A stretch of 64,000 bases of DNA from an uncultured Gammaproteobacteria bacterium. Lineage in GTDB: Bacteria; Pseudomonadota; Gammaproteobacteria; JABCZS01. The stretch is from the NCBI GenBank assembly GCA_963848305.1, contig CAWKDC010000001.1, forward strand, positions 1,504,001 through 1,568,000, given 5' to 3'. Positions 21,400 through 32,025 of this stretch are shown here, in pieces. Below the pieces are notes generated by a model. The model was not told the DNA's origin and did not search any database. It saw nothing but the letters and a program-made list of their open reading frames with translations. Position 1 is the stretch's first letter. Each line of letters starts with the position of its first letter. The translations under genes and the position numbers were made by a program.

Positions 21400-22248
21400 T
21401 TATTTATCAATATACTGATGCTTCACATGCTTCTTCTCAGGCTTTTTGTAAAAGTCTGGAATCATGAAGCGGAAGCCTAAATAAACTTCTTGCGCTGTCA
21501 GCTCGGAATCATACGCGGATAAAGAAGATTCCCCACCTAAAATAACAATTGATGGGGCTACCGCATTATCAATTCTATAGCTTACGTCACCCAAGTCTGA
21601 ATAACGGTAACTGAGATCAATCGCCAACCATTCTAATGGATTGACCGTCACACCGGCCGTGCCCATCCAGCTGAAGGCGTAATCATGATCCTTCCCATCG
21701 GCTGACCCGATGAAATCACTATCTATGCCATAAATTGACAGAGATGAATCGCTATAATTAAGCGCTGCACCCAGGCCCGCACCCACGAACAAGGCAAACA
21801 TCTTCGTCACGGGAATATCGAGGTAAAAGTTCGCCAAGATAGTTTGACTATCTACAGTTGAACTAAACGCTTCATAATCACCGTTCTCGAAGTTCTGTGT
21901 GCCCAACAGAAAACCGCCACCACCGGTACGCGAAGGATGAAATTCAGAGTTGATGGTATAGTGGTTGCGGTACAGGTATTCTGTTTCCATGCGCAAAGGA
22001 ACAGGTAAGCTGTCATATTTGTAACCCACTGCGCCACCCCAACCCACGGCGTTTGTATTGGATGAACCCTTGGACGCTTTGAGGTCTGCCTCAAGGGCGC
22101 TGCCACTTGAAAAGGGGAAGTTGATATCGAAATCAGATATTTCGCCACCGGACCAACCCACTTTGGGCGCTACATAGATGCCGCTAACCGCCAATGCTTG
22201 GCTCGCGAAAAGGGCTAATATGGCGGAAGAGATTAAGGTTTTTTTCAT
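21400..22248 (-). CDS. Outer membrane beta-barrel protein, copy 2 (tandem paralog)
   Basis: 282 aa, 10 amino-acid differences from copy 1; upstream ~90 bp also duplicated; period 1061 bp. Confidence 0.85.
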   Translation of the reverse strand: MKKTLISSAILALFASQALAVSGIYVAPKVGWSGGEISDFDINFPFSSGSALEADLKASKGSSNTNAVGWGGAVGYKYDSLPVPLRMETEYLYRNHYTINSEFHPSRTGGGGFLLGTQNFENGDYEAFSSTVDSQTILANFYLDIPVTKMFALFVGAGLGAALNYSDSSLSIYGIDSDFIGSADGKDHDYAFSWMGTAGVTVNPLEWLAIDLSYRYSDLGDVSYRIDNAVAPSIVILGGESSLSAYDSELTAQEVYLGFRFMIPDFYKKPEKKHVKHQYIDK

Positions 22249-22373
22249 AGAATGATATCCTTTCAAAGTTGAACGAGAATACCAAAAGTATAGAGGGCGA
22301 AATCGAATATGCAACCTTGCTGGAACACAATAAAGCAGGTATGATTACCGCTTATTCTCGGAGACTATAGCTC

Positions 22374-23939
22374 ATGACACTCAACAGACGCTTCTCGCCC
22401 CTCACGTTGCTATTCATCAGTATCAATGGCATGGTGGGGTCCGCCTGGTTATTTGCGCCTTTCTATGCCGCGAAAATGGCGGGTTCGGGAGCGATCATTG
22501 CTTGGTTGATTGCCGGCGGCGCAACTGCGTTGATTGCACTGACGTTTGCTGAGTTATCCGTGATGTTTCCCGTGGCCGGTGGGACTGTTCAAATACCACA
22601 GCTGAGTCATGGAACTTCCACCAGTTTTATGTTCAGCTGGATTGCATGGCTATCCGCCGTCACCATGGCCCCGATTGAAGTGCAAGCAGTTCTTCAGTAT
22701 GCGTCGACATATTTCACGTCGTTGACGGAGCCAGTCAATGGGTTGCACGCACTGACGCCAATTGGCTTGATATGGGCAACGATACTGATGTTATTTTTAT
22801 GTGTATTCAATATAGTGAGTTTTAAAGGGCTCGTCCGTTTCAATTTTGTGTTATTTTTCTTCAAAGTCGCCGTGATTATGCTGGTGATTGCATGGTTGAT
22901 GGAAGAAAGCTTCCATACGGCTAATTTTGCAATGGGCGGCGCCCATGATGGCGGCTGGCAAGCAATTTTATCGGCTGTGGCAGCGAGTGGCGTAGCATTT
23001 GCATTCACGGGCTTCAAGCATGGTGTTGAGTTGGCCGGTGAAGCCAAATCCAGAAAAGCCATTTTCATTGCGATTGTTGGTTCGGTCGTTTGTTGCTTGC
23101 TGCTCTATCTGGGCTTACAAGTGGCATTTATTGGCGCGCTGGATCCTGCCACGATTGCCAATGGCTGGGGCAAGTTGTCATTCGTCGGCGATGTTGGGCC
23201 ATTTGCAGGGTTGGCCGCAGGTTTGGGCTTGCTGCTATTGCTGAAATTATTGTACATCGATGCAGTCGTGTCACCCTTGGGCGCGGGTTTGATCTACGTG
23301 ACATCAACAGCACGTATCTTTTATGCGATGAGTCACATTGGTTTCTTCCCCAAAATATTCATGTCGTTGAATAAACAATCGTTCCCTTATGCAGCCATTC
23401 TGCTCAATTTCGCAGTGGGGATGTTTTTGTTTTTGCCGCTGCCCAATTGGCAATCCATGGTAAGTTTTTTGGTGTCAGGTATGGTGATTTCTTATGCGGC
23501 AGGTCCGATTGCGTTGCTGTGCTTGCGTCTGAATTTGCCTGATGAAAAACGGGCGTTCCGTTTGCCTGCGGCGAATCTATTATGTTTGATTGCTTTTTAT
23601 TGCTGTAACTTGATGAGTTACTGGACAGGTTGGGAGACCATGTATAAATTGGCCATCGCAATTACCATTGGCCTTATCTTTTTTGCGTGGGCGTATTGGC
23701 GTGGTCGCTTGGATCGCTCGCTGATTGCATTGCGCTCAGCTGCTTGGATGGTGCCGTATTTGGGCGGCTTGGTGTTGATTTCTTATTTAGGCCCGTTTGG
23801 TGGTAAAAATATCATTCCCTTTGGTTGGGATTTCTTGGTCATGGGTGTATTCAGCGCAGTGATATTGTACATAGCCGTTCGTAGCCGTTCGACGGATATT
23901 GCGCGGAATTTTGCGACGATGGAGAATATTACTTTGTAA
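22374..23939 (+). CDS. APC-family amino acid permease
   Basis: GMVGSAWLF, FAEL..MFP.AGG, FAFTGF...ELAGEA; about 14 TM segments. Confidence 0.9.
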   Translation: MTLNRRFSPLTLLFISINGMVGSAWLFAPFYAAKMAGSGAIIAWLIAGGATALIALTFAELSVMFPVAGGTVQIPQLSHGTSTSFMFSWIAWLSAVTMAPIEVQAVLQYASTYFTSLTEPVNGLHALTPIGLIWATILMLFLCVFNIVSFKGLVRFNFVLFFFKVAVIMLVIAWLMEESFHTANFAMGGAHDGGWQAILSAVAASGVAFAFTGFKHGVELAGEAKSRKAIFIAIVGSVVCCLLLYLGLQVAFIGALDPATIANGWGKLSFVGDVGPFAGLAAGLGLLLLLKLLYIDAVVSPLGAGLIYVTSTARIFYAMSHIGFFPKIFMSLNKQSFPYAAILLNFAVGMFLFLPLPNWQSMVSFLVSGMVISYAAGPIALLCLRLNLPDEKRAFRLPAANLLCLIAFYCCNLMSYWTGWETMYKLAIAITIGLIFFAWAYWRGRLDRSLIALRSAAWMVPYLGGLVLISYLGPFGGKNIIPFGWDFLVMGVFSAVILYIAVRSRSTDIARNFATMENITL

Positions 23940-23974
23940 GGGGTCGCATGCGGGCTCCTTGGCATGCTGCGCGC

Positions 23975-24352
23975 CTACAAACAGATGATCCCGTCATGCC
24001 CTCCGCTCACCGCCTTCTGTGACAGCACCTCGAGTGACAATGTCGGATTGTTGCATACGCGAAACAACATCGGCAATGATAATCCCGAAATCACAATGCG
24101 TGTATCACTGCTCAAACGCTTCGCAATGTTATCAGGTGTTGCGCCGCAAATATCCGTGAAAATGATCAATCCGTCGCCTTCGTCTAACGCCTGCGCGCGC
24201 GATTCGCAGTAACGCAAGCATTCATTTGGATCGGTATCGCCAAACACGGGAACGGCTTCTGCGGGCATGGGCAGGTTGCCAAATGTTTGGGCAACGGTGT
24301 CGAGCAATATTTGTCCCATGTAATCATGGGTGATTAATAAGAGTGCGACGAT
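23975..24352 (-). CDS. PTS EIIA component, mannose/fructose family
   Basis: VALLLITH (phospho-His) upstream of the ORF-track start; IFTDICGATPDN, GLSLPML. Confidence 0.85.
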   Translation of the reverse strand: MVALLLITHDYMGQILLDTVAQTFGNLPMPAEAVPVFGDTDPNECLRYCESRAQALDEGDGLIIFTDICGATPDNIAKRLSSDTRIVISGLSLPMLFRVCNNPTLSLEVLSQKAVSGGHDGIICL

Positions 24353-25197
24353 GATTTCACCTCGCGATGACGGGCTTGAACGTTCGGATATTGTTGTTTG
24401 AAGTGAGCGACTAACCGTTCCACCAGATACACTGAGCGGTGTTGACCACCCGTGCAGCCAATAGCCACGGTTAAATAACTGCGGCGATCCGCTTCAAACG
24501 CAGGAATAAATGTTTCTAAAAAATGGGTGATGGCTTGTTCCATCTCAGCGACACTGTGGTGAGATGCTAAAAAATCAATGACGGGTTTATCCAGTCCCGT
24601 GAGGGGCCGCAAAGCCGTTTCCCAGTAAGGATTGGGCAGACAACGGATATCAAACACATAATCTGCATCGCGTGGAATGCCATATTTATATCCAAACGAT
24701 TGAAACAGTAGCGAGAGTGAATGGGCATCTCTGGGTAAAATGCGTTCACGCAAAATATTCATCAAATCATGTGCGTGAAGTGAGTGCGTGTCTATCATTA
24801 AATCGGCGCGGTTCACAATCGGTTCAAGCAATGTACGTTCTTTCGCAATCGCCTCTTGCAGCGAGACCGTTTTGTCGCTGAGGGGATGCTTGCGGCGCGT
24901 TTCACTGTAGCGCTTCAACAACGTGGAATCGTTGGCGTCTAAATAAATCACATCCACACTGTGGCCGCTGTGATCAATCGTATCGAGCAGTAACGCGGTG
25001 TCGGCAGGATTTTCAGGTAAATTGCGGCTGTCTAAGCTGACAGCAATGGCAGGGTGCGTTGTTGACAATGTGTCTAATAATTGCGGCAATAATTTGAATG
25101 GCAAATTGTCGACGACATAATAACCCAGATCTTCAAGGTGTCGTAATAAAATACTTTTACCTGAGCCTGAACGGCCGCTGACAATGATCAGTTTCAT
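24334..25197 (-). CDS. rapZ: RNase adapter RapZ
   Basis: VSGRSGSGKS, SETRRKHPL, SFGYKYGIP, AIGCTGGQHRSV. Confidence 0.97.
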   Translation of the reverse strand: MKLIIVSGRSGSGKSILLRHLEDLGYYVVDNLPFKLLPQLLDTLSTTHPAIAVSLDSRNLPENPADTALLLDTIDHSGHSVDVIYLDANDSTLLKRYSETRRKHPLSDKTVSLQEAIAKERTLLEPIVNRADLMIDTHSLHAHDLMNILRERILPRDAHSLSLLFQSFGYKYGIPRDADYVFDIRCLPNPYWETALRPLTGLDKPVIDFLASHHSVAEMEQAITHFLETFIPAFEADRRSYLTVAIGCTGGQHRSVYLVERLVAHFKQQYPNVQARHREVKSSSHSY

Positions 25198-26129
25198 GGG
25201 TTATTCATCTCATTCCGTTGACGATCGGCAAAAATCTCACTGGCCTGGTAACCGCTTTTGCGCAACACTTGGTTATGTACGGAGGCTTCCACTAACACAG
25301 ATAAACTGCGACCGGGGCCAGCGGGGACAGTGACTTCAGGCACATCCACGCCCAAAATTTCTCGTGTGCGATGCATGCCTTCCAGTCTATCAATTTTTGC
25401 AACGACAGGATCGGCAATATTCACAATATGCACAATCAAATTTAATTTTTTACAATCCTTCACGGCGGTATTACCAAACATCGCACGCACATTGATAATG
25501 CCCAAACCGCGCACTTCTAAAAAATCTTTGAGTAAATCGGGGGAGCGGCCAGTGAGCGAATCGGGTGCATCGCGTGAAAAAATGGGCGAATCATCCGCAA
25601 TCAAACGGTGGCCGCGATTGATCAATTCCAAGGCCAATTCGCTTTTGCCCACGCCGCTGTCGCCAGTGAGCATCACGCCCAGATCAAACACTTCCATGAA
25701 TACACCGTGAATATTGGTGCTCGGCGCCAAGACCATGGATAAATAATGCGATAAATGGTTTAATACCGCGGCGGAATTTAAATGAGTGTGCCAAATAGGC
25801 GTTTGTAACATTTGGGCATGTTGCAGCATTTCAGCGGTGGGCACTTGATCTTCGCAGATCAATAACAATAAAGGGTGCGTTGCAAATAATGCTTCCATCG
25901 CGCGTTGATAATCTGTTACGGATAAATTTGCCAAATAATGGAATTCTTGCGTGCCAAATAAAACAATGTGCGAGGGATGGACAAAATTTAAAAACCCAAC
26001 AGCGGTTTTGCCGCCGTCATGTAATTCTGATAATGCTTTTTCTGAAAATTCTTGGCCGTACTTCCATTCGAGGGAAAGGTTGGCTTTGTGTGTGCGATAG
26101 AGTTCGCTGAGGGTGATGCTATGGTGCAT
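25194..26129 (-). CDS. hprK: HPr kinase/phosphorylase
   Basis: HGVFM, GDSGVGKSELALELI.RGHRLIADD, LEVRGLGIIN. Confidence 0.95.
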   Translation of the reverse strand: MHHSITLSELYRTHKANLSLEWKYGQEFSEKALSELHDGGKTAVGFLNFVHPSHIVLFGTQEFHYLANLSVTDYQRAMEALFATHPLLLLICEDQVPTAEMLQHAQMLQTPIWHTHLNSAAVLNHLSHYLSMVLAPSTNIHGVFMEVFDLGVMLTGDSGVGKSELALELINRGHRLIADDSPIFSRDAPDSLTGRSPDLLKDFLEVRGLGIINVRAMFGNTAVKDCKKLNLIVHIVNIADPVVAKIDRLEGMHRTREILGVDVPEVTVPAGPGRSLSVLVEASVHNQVLRKSGYQASEIFADRQRNEMNNP

Positions 26130-26574
26130 GGGTGAGGATGTTCCAGATATCATCTGCACTCCGGGCTTGCCGAATGGCGTCGCGCGCTGAGGCTTGATTC
26201 AGCAACGTCGCCACTTCAGACAATAAATGCAAATGGGTGGTATGTTCATTTTCAGGGACAAATAAACCAAAAATCAAATCGACAGGGGCATCGTCGTGGC
26301 TGTCATATGGAATGGGATCTTTGAGGCGGATAAACACAGCGACAGGTTTTTCAATTTGAGGCACGCGTGCATGAGGCAATGCGACCCCGTGACCCAGTGA
26401 CGTGCTGCCCAATTTTTCACGTTCCAACAAGGCTTCAAAGAACTCGTTTTCCAGATCGGCGGGGGCGCACGCGTGAGCGACATATTCCAATAAACGTTTT
26501 TTAGCGGCAATGGGCGCATCAACCTCAACGCGTGCGGGTGTCAATACATCTGTCAGTAACATGCGGTCCGTCAC
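26119..26574 (-). CDS. ptsN: PTS IIA-Ntr nitrogen regulator
   Basis: REKLGSTSLGHGVALPHAR; located in the rpoN operon. Confidence 0.93.
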   Translation of the reverse strand: MTDRMLLTDVLTPARVEVDAPIAAKKRLLEYVAHACAPADLENEFFEALLEREKLGSTSLGHGVALPHARVPQIEKPVAVFIRLKDPIPYDSHDDAPVDLIFGLFVPENEHTTHLHLLSEVATLLNQASARDAIRQARSADDIWNILTHAP

Positions 26575-26888
26575 TCCTCGTTTTCTTCATGACCGCGTCC
26601 GTGGTCATGCAGTTTTTCTTTGAACTTGATTGCTTGACGTTCGAGTTTTTCATACAGGTCTTGAATCGTGACATACATGTCGCCTGAGGATGCGGATGCT
26701 CGGATCTGACCTCCGCGGTGGTTCAGCGTGGCTTCTGCTTTGTGTTGGGTTTTATCGACATGCATCACCACATGGACTTGGGTGATGGCTTGTAGATGGC
26801 GTTCCAGTTTTGCGAATTTTTCTTCAACAGCTTCACGTAGGCCATCCGTCACTTTCATATGTTGGCCGGTGATTTCAATGTTCATCAT
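26571..26888 (-). CDS. hpf: Ribosome hibernation promoting factor
   Basis: NIEITGQH, KFAKLERH, DMY..I..L..KLERQ; directly after rpoN. Confidence 0.93.
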   Translation of the reverse strand: MMNIEITGQHMKVTDGLREAVEEKFAKLERHLQAITQVHVVMHVDKTQHKAEATLNHRGGQIRASASSGDMYVTIQDLYEKLERQAIKFKEKLHDHGRGHEENEE

Positions 26889-26890
26889 AC

Positions 26891-28192
26891 TCACTCCTGA
26901 CACTTGCGATACACGCAAGAAGGTATTTGCAATGCTTCCCGGTATTTCGTGACTGTTCGCCTTGCAATCTGCACACCCTGTGCATGGAGCATTTGGGTGA
27001 GTGCATCGTCCGTGAGGGGCGTTGCGCGGTTTTCAGTCGAAACCCATTCCTTAATCATAGCCTTAATTGTGGTAGAAGCCCAGTGTTTTTCACCAGACTG
27101 AATGCCGCCACTCAAAAAATATTTTAGCTCGAAAATACCGCGAGGGGTATCTATATATTTTTGCGAGGTGATGCGAGAGAGGGTAGAAGGATGGTAGCCC
27201 AGTACATCCGCGAGGTTTTGCAGGGTCAGCGGTTTCAATTCTTGAGTGCCTTGGTGGAAAAAGTCTTTTTGTATCGATATGATAGCGCGCCCAACGTTTA
27301 ATAACGTTTGATGGCGCATCTCAAGCTGTTGCAAGAATTGTTTGGCATGTTGTAAGGCTTCTGCGAGATCTGCGTGTTGCATCGCGGCATCGAGGTAGGG
27401 TTCATGTAGCTTCAGCGCATAATGAGGGTATGGGATGAGGGTGACCTGGGGTTCCCCGGCATGTAGGTGCAATTTCAGATCAGGCCTGATGGTTTCCACT
27501 CGGTGTTCAGTCACTTGTCGGCCGGGCTTGGGATCCAAATGCTGGATCATGGTGAGTGCGGCTTGAATGCGCTCAAGGGGTTGGTGCGTCTTTCTGGCGA
27601 GAAAGGCGGGTTTGTATAGATTTTCCAAATGAAACTGCACCAATTCGTGGGCAAGAGTAATGGTTTCATTCTGAGTGGGCAATGCTTGGAGTTGAATCAA
27701 TAAGCATTCTTTCAGGTTGCGTGCACCGACGCCAATTGGTTCAAACGTTTGAATTTTATTCAAGGCTTGGAGAATCAATGCGTTGAGGTTTTTCGGGTGC
27801 TGAGATGGGTGAAAAAGGGCATCGAGTGGTGTGGGCAAATAGCCGTTGTCATCAATGGCATCGATCAGAATGCGTGCAACCTCATCAGCTTTCGGAGATA
27901 AATGAGCCAGGTCGCATTGTGCGAGCAAATTATCCCGCAAGGAGACAGGGTTTTCCAGAGAGAACAGCGTGTCTGCCTCGAGATAAACCGCGGGCTCACG
28001 GATATTCGCGGTGAGGGGCGTGGGGGGCGCGTCTTCATTGTTTTCTTGGTTCAGTAATACGTTTTCATTGAGGGTTTCCTCAATCAAGGCTTGCAATTCC
28101 AGTTGCGACAGCGACATCAGGCGAATGGCATGCGACAGCTGCACATGCATCTGTGATTTCTGGATCGTCGTCTGCCGTTGCGCTGTCTTCAT
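26891..28192 (-). CDS. rpoN: RNA polymerase sigma-54 factor
   Basis: GVGARNLKECL, HPSTLSR, RpoN box ARRTVTKYRE. Confidence 0.95.
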   Translation of the reverse strand: MKTAQRQTTIQKSQMHVQLSHAIRLMSLSQLELQALIEETLNENVLLNQENNEDAPPTPLTANIREPAVYLEADTLFSLENPVSLRDNLLAQCDLAHLSPKADEVARILIDAIDDNGYLPTPLDALFHPSQHPKNLNALILQALNKIQTFEPIGVGARNLKECLLIQLQALPTQNETITLAHELVQFHLENLYKPAFLARKTHQPLERIQAALTMIQHLDPKPGRQVTEHRVETIRPDLKLHLHAGEPQVTLIPYPHYALKLHEPYLDAAMQHADLAEALQHAKQFLQQLEMRHQTLLNVGRAIISIQKDFFHQGTQELKPLTLQNLADVLGYHPSTLSRITSQKYIDTPRGIFELKYFLSGGIQSGEKHWASTTIKAMIKEWVSTENRATPLTDDALTQMLHAQGVQIARRTVTKYREALQIPSCVYRKCQE

Positions 28193-28246
28193 ATGTTCAG
28201 TTTAGCTGATGCAGCGCCAATGTGTCTGCTCCCTTCAAAAAGGGGG

Positions 28247-28279
28247 CAACATCATGCTACGCATGATGTTGGGGTTTTT
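28247..28279. terminator. Hairpin, probable terminator of the OMP gene
   Basis: CAACATCATGC-TAC-GCATGATGTTG perfect inverted repeat. Confidence 0.55.
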
Positions 28280-28281
28280 AA

Positions 28282-29049
28282 CTAAAATTGATACGCCACC
28301 GTGACCATCAATGCATTGGTGCTCACACGTTCTGGCTCGCCTTGGGCGGTAAATGTGATGTCTTTCGCAACATTTCCTCCGGACGTGCTGAATGAGCGCC
28401 AATCACCATTGTAAGCCGTGTATTGGTACTCAATCCCAGCGATCAGGTGCTTGGAGTATATATGCGACAGTCCTGCGCCGGCAGTCACCCCTAATTGATA
28501 GCGAGATTGTTGATCTTCATCTTCTGCCAGGGCATTCTGCGTCCCATACTCGAGAGCCTGGGTCTTGAGAGAGGTCTCGAAATGCCCCCAACGTGGGCCG
28601 ACCAGTGCATAAACCATGGTTTGTCCCAATGCGTAACCGGGTTTGAACAGGACAGCGAAGTCATTTTTCAATTGGGTTTTCATGCTACTAGAGAGTACGA
28701 TCTGGTGCGCATTGCTTGTTCCGCCTCCAATAGAAGCTCTATTGTCGAATGTCATGAGATTATAGTTCGCTGTGATGGCTGCGCCCAATACCAAGCCCGG
28801 GTTGAATTGATAAGCGTAGACAAGGCCGAGCATGCCCGCCACATTGCCTTGAAAAATGGTTTCTTTATTTGCGTAGTTGAGTGGGATAGTGTCTACTGTG
28901 CCTTGCCCCTCTTGGGACAAGGTTGCCTCTCCGGCGATACCCCCCAAGCCGGCCATGATGCTAAAGCCTGTGAAAGGGGCTGGCATGTGCTGTTCAGCAG
29001 ATGCCATTACCGCAATGGAGGAGAGCAGCAATATGGGCAAGTGTTTCAT
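28282..29049 (-). CDS. Outer membrane beta-barrel protein (OmpA-TM-like)
   Basis: Signal peptide, FTGF.I.AG.G, KPGY, AGAGL, GIEYQY, terminal YQF. Confidence 0.8.
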   Translation of the reverse strand: MKHLPILLLSSIAVMASAEQHMPAPFTGFSIMAGLGGIAGEATLSQEGQGTVDTIPLNYANKETIFQGNVAGMLGLVYAYQFNPGLVLGAAITANYNLMTFDNRASIGGGTSNAHQIVLSSSMKTQLKNDFAVLFKPGYALGQTMVYALVGPRWGHFETSLKTQALEYGTQNALAEDEDQQSRYQLGVTAGAGLSHIYSKHLIAGIEYQYTAYNGDWRSFSTSGGNVAKDITFTAQGEPERVSTNALMVTVAYQF

Positions 29050-29082
29050 GAGGTCATCCTTGATCTATATAAGACTTTTATG

Positions 29083-29162
29083 ATGTTAGACGAGATTTGG
29101 GGAGAATGTCAAAAAGGCGTGAAAGTTTTCCCTTTGACATTGCCCTCAATCTGAGATATCCT
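29083..29162. promoter_or_regulatory. Back-to-back sigma70 promoters
   Basis: Plus strand TTGACA(29134)-17-TATCCT; minus strand TTGACA(29112)-18-TAACAT. Confidence 0.6.
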
Positions 29163-29194
29163 GACCCTTGGCTTATTCTACAAGGGGAATTGCC

Positions 29195-30373
29195 GTGCGC
29201 CTGATTGTTAAGCTGATTCTAGGTATTGTTGCCGGCATCGTCATGGGACTGATGGCGCCGACGGAACTCATCCGTGCTGTGGCAACCTTTCAGCACATCT
29301 TTGGGCAATTTATCTCATTTATCATGCCCTTACTCATTTTTTTCTTTGTCGCCGAAGGGATTGCCAGCTTGAATTACGGTGCCGGTAAAATGCTTACTTG
29401 GACCGTTGGCCTGTCGTATGCTTCCACGCTGGGGGCGGGTGCGTTGGCTGCCTTGGTGGGCCTTGAAATCATTCCTCAAATGCCCTTGGGTGCTTTTTTT
29501 GAACCCGTGGATGCGATGGTGATTTTACCTTATATAAAGCTGGATATTCCCCCGGTCATGGGGATCCTCACGGCTTTGGTCATGGCGTTTTTGTGGGGCA
29601 TTGGGGCGGGGCAAATGCAATCACCCGTGATGCGTCAAGGGTTGAACGAGGGTAAGCGTATCATTGAAAATACCATCACCCACGTCATGATCCCCTTGCT
29701 GCCTTTTTATATTTTTTCACTCTTCACCGAAATGACGGTGGGCGGCCAAGTCGTCGCGACCCTCGAAACCTTCGGATTGGTGTTGATGGTGGCGGTGGCC
29801 TTGCATATTATCTGGTTGGTTGTGCTTTACGGGATTGCGTGTACTTTAACAGGCGTGGGTTTGTGGAAAGCGCTCAAAAACATGCTGCCGGCTTATTTGA
29901 CTGCGATTGGTACTATGTCCAGCGTCGCCACCATCCCTGTGACGTTGCGTCAAACCCTGAAAAATGGCGTGGATGACGACATCGCAAATTTTGTGGTGCC
30001 TTTATGCGCCACCATTCACATGGCAGGCAGTGCGATCACCATTACCACAGCGTCGATTGCGGTGATGCTGCTTACCAAAGGGGTGGTGCCCGCGTGGACT
30101 GAATTATGGCCATTCATCATGATGTTGGGTGTCACGACGATTGCCGCGCCCGGCGCCCCTGGCGGTGCTGTGATGGCTGCCTTGGGTTTGTTCACGTCCA
30201 TTCTCGGTTTCAGTGAAGCCGCCGTGGGGTTGATGATCACGATTTATATCGCACAAGACAGTTTTGGCACAGCCTGCAATGTGACAGGGGATGGTGCCTT
30301 GGCAATGATTGTTCATAAAGTCATGGCACGCAACGCCGAACCTGAAGAGGCATTGGAAGAAGGCGTTTCATGA
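29195..30373 (+). CDS. Dicarboxylate/amino acid:cation symporter (DAACS)
   Basis: [44 protein letters not shown]; GTG start after GGGGA. Confidence 0.9.
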   Translation: MRLIVKLILGIVAGIVMGLMAPTELIRAVATFQHIFGQFISFIMPLLIFFFVAEGIASLNYGAGKMLTWTVGLSYASTLGAGALAALVGLEIIPQMPLGAFFEPVDAMVILPYIKLDIPPVMGILTALVMAFLWGIGAGQMQSPVMRQGLNEGKRIIENTITHVMIPLLPFYIFSLFTEMTVGGQVVATLETFGLVLMVAVALHIIWLVVLYGIACTLTGVGLWKALKNMLPAYLTAIGTMSSVATIPVTLRQTLKNGVDDDIANFVVPLCATIHMAGSAITITTASIAVMLLTKGVVPAWTELWPFIMMLGVTTIAAPGAPGGAVMAALGLFTSILGFSEAAVGLMITIYIAQDSFGTACNVTGDGALAMIVHKVMARNAEPEEALEEGVS

Positions 30374-31942
30374 AAGAACTCGATAGACGTCGCACCTTTG
30401 CGATCATTTCTCATCCGGACGCCGGTAAAACCACCATCACTGAAAAATTATTGTTGTACGGTGGTGCGATCATGTTGGCTGGAACTGTCAAGGGGCGCAA
30501 AGCTTCGCGCATGGCAACGTCCGACTGGTTGGAAATGGAACAGAAACGCGGTATTTCGGTGGCAACATCGGTGATGCAGTTTCCCTACGGTGAATGCTTG
30601 TTCAATCTGTTGGACACGCCTGGTCACGAAGATTTTTCCGAAGACACCTATCGCACCCTGACCGCAGTCGATGCGGCATTGATGGTGATTGACGTGGCAA
30701 AAGGGGTAGAAGAGCGCACAGTGAAACTCATGGAAGTGTGCCGTTTGCGCACAACGCCTATTATCACTTTTATTAATAAATTAGATCGCGAAGGGAAAGA
30801 GCCGATTGAATTATTGGATGAAGTCGAATCCGTACTAAACATCAAATGTGCGCCGATCACGTGGCCGATTGGCATGGGTTCGCGTTTGAAAGGCATTTAT
30901 CATATCACTCATGATGAAATTTATTTATACGAGCCTGGCAAAAACAGTGAAATTAAAAAGGCGAAGACGATTAAGGGTCTTGATAGCACCGAATTGGATC
31001 GCGTGATTGGCGAGCAAGATGCGAAAGCGTTTCGCGATGAAATTGAATTGGTGAAAGGGGCATCACATGTATTTGATGAGCATTTGTTTAAAGCCGGTAA
31101 AATGACGCCGGTGTTTTTCGGTTCAGCCTTGAATAATTTCGGGGTAGAATCTTTGCTTGATGCATTTGTCGAATATTCTCCGACACCATTGCCTCGTCCG
31201 ACAGAAACGCGTGAAGTATCTCCTGAAGAAGAAGCCTTCACCGGTTTTGTATTTAAAATTCAAGCCAACATGGATCCGCAGCATCGCGATCGCATTGCAT
31301 TCATGCGCGTGTGTTCTGGGCGTTATCACAAAGGCATGAAAATGCATCAAGTGAGATTAGGTCGCGATGTGTTGATCAGCCAAGCCCTCACGTTTATGGC
31401 GAAAGATCGTACACACATTGAAGAAGCATATCCGGGTGATATCATTGGCTTGCACAATCATGGCACCATTCAAATCGGTGATACCTTCACGGAAGGCGAA
31501 ACGTTGAAATTCACGGGCATTCCGCATTTTGCGCCTGAATTATTCAAACGTGTGGTATTGAAAGATCCGCTCAAACGCAAAGCGCTACAAAAAGGGTTGA
31601 TGCAATTATCGGAAGAGGGTGCTGTTCAATTATTCCGCCCATTACGCAACAACGATTTGATTTTAGGTGCAGTGGGCACATTGCAGTTCGATGTGGTTGA
31701 AGAGCGCTTAAAGAGTGAATATAACGTGGCGTGCACATATGAGCAAGTGATGGTGCATGCAGCCCGTTGGGTATCTTGTCCCGATGACAAAATGATCGGA
31801 CCAATTCCAAGAAAAAGCCTATGAATATTTGGCCCGGGATGGCGCCGATCAACTCACTTATCTGGCTCCATCCCGTGTGAACTTACAGATTGCCATGGAA
31901 AAGTGGCCAGCGGTGGTGTTTGCCGCGACGTGTGAGAAATAG
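30370..31942 (+). CDS. prfC: Peptide chain release factor 3; 1-nt frameshift near 31798
   Basis: [32 protein letters not shown]; C-terminus [19 protein letters not shown]...ATCEK* continues in the shifted frame. Confidence 0.95.
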
Positions 31943-32025
31943 GAATTGTAGGTGATAGGGGATTCGTCCCTACAGTTCATTATGATACAATCTTCCCTTC
32001 AATCCATGCACACCCGGGGAATACC

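Noticed and set aside
20339-22248. OMP duplicates as a diversity-generating retroelement TR/VR pair
   Set aside because: Both are full genes with upstream regions, the differences are not adenine-specific, and no reverse transcriptase is in the window.
28495-29154. Long antisense or overlapping ORFs (also 19199-19792, 58209-58835, 34463-34969)
   Set aside because: They overlap well-supported genes on the other strand and have no recognisable motifs.
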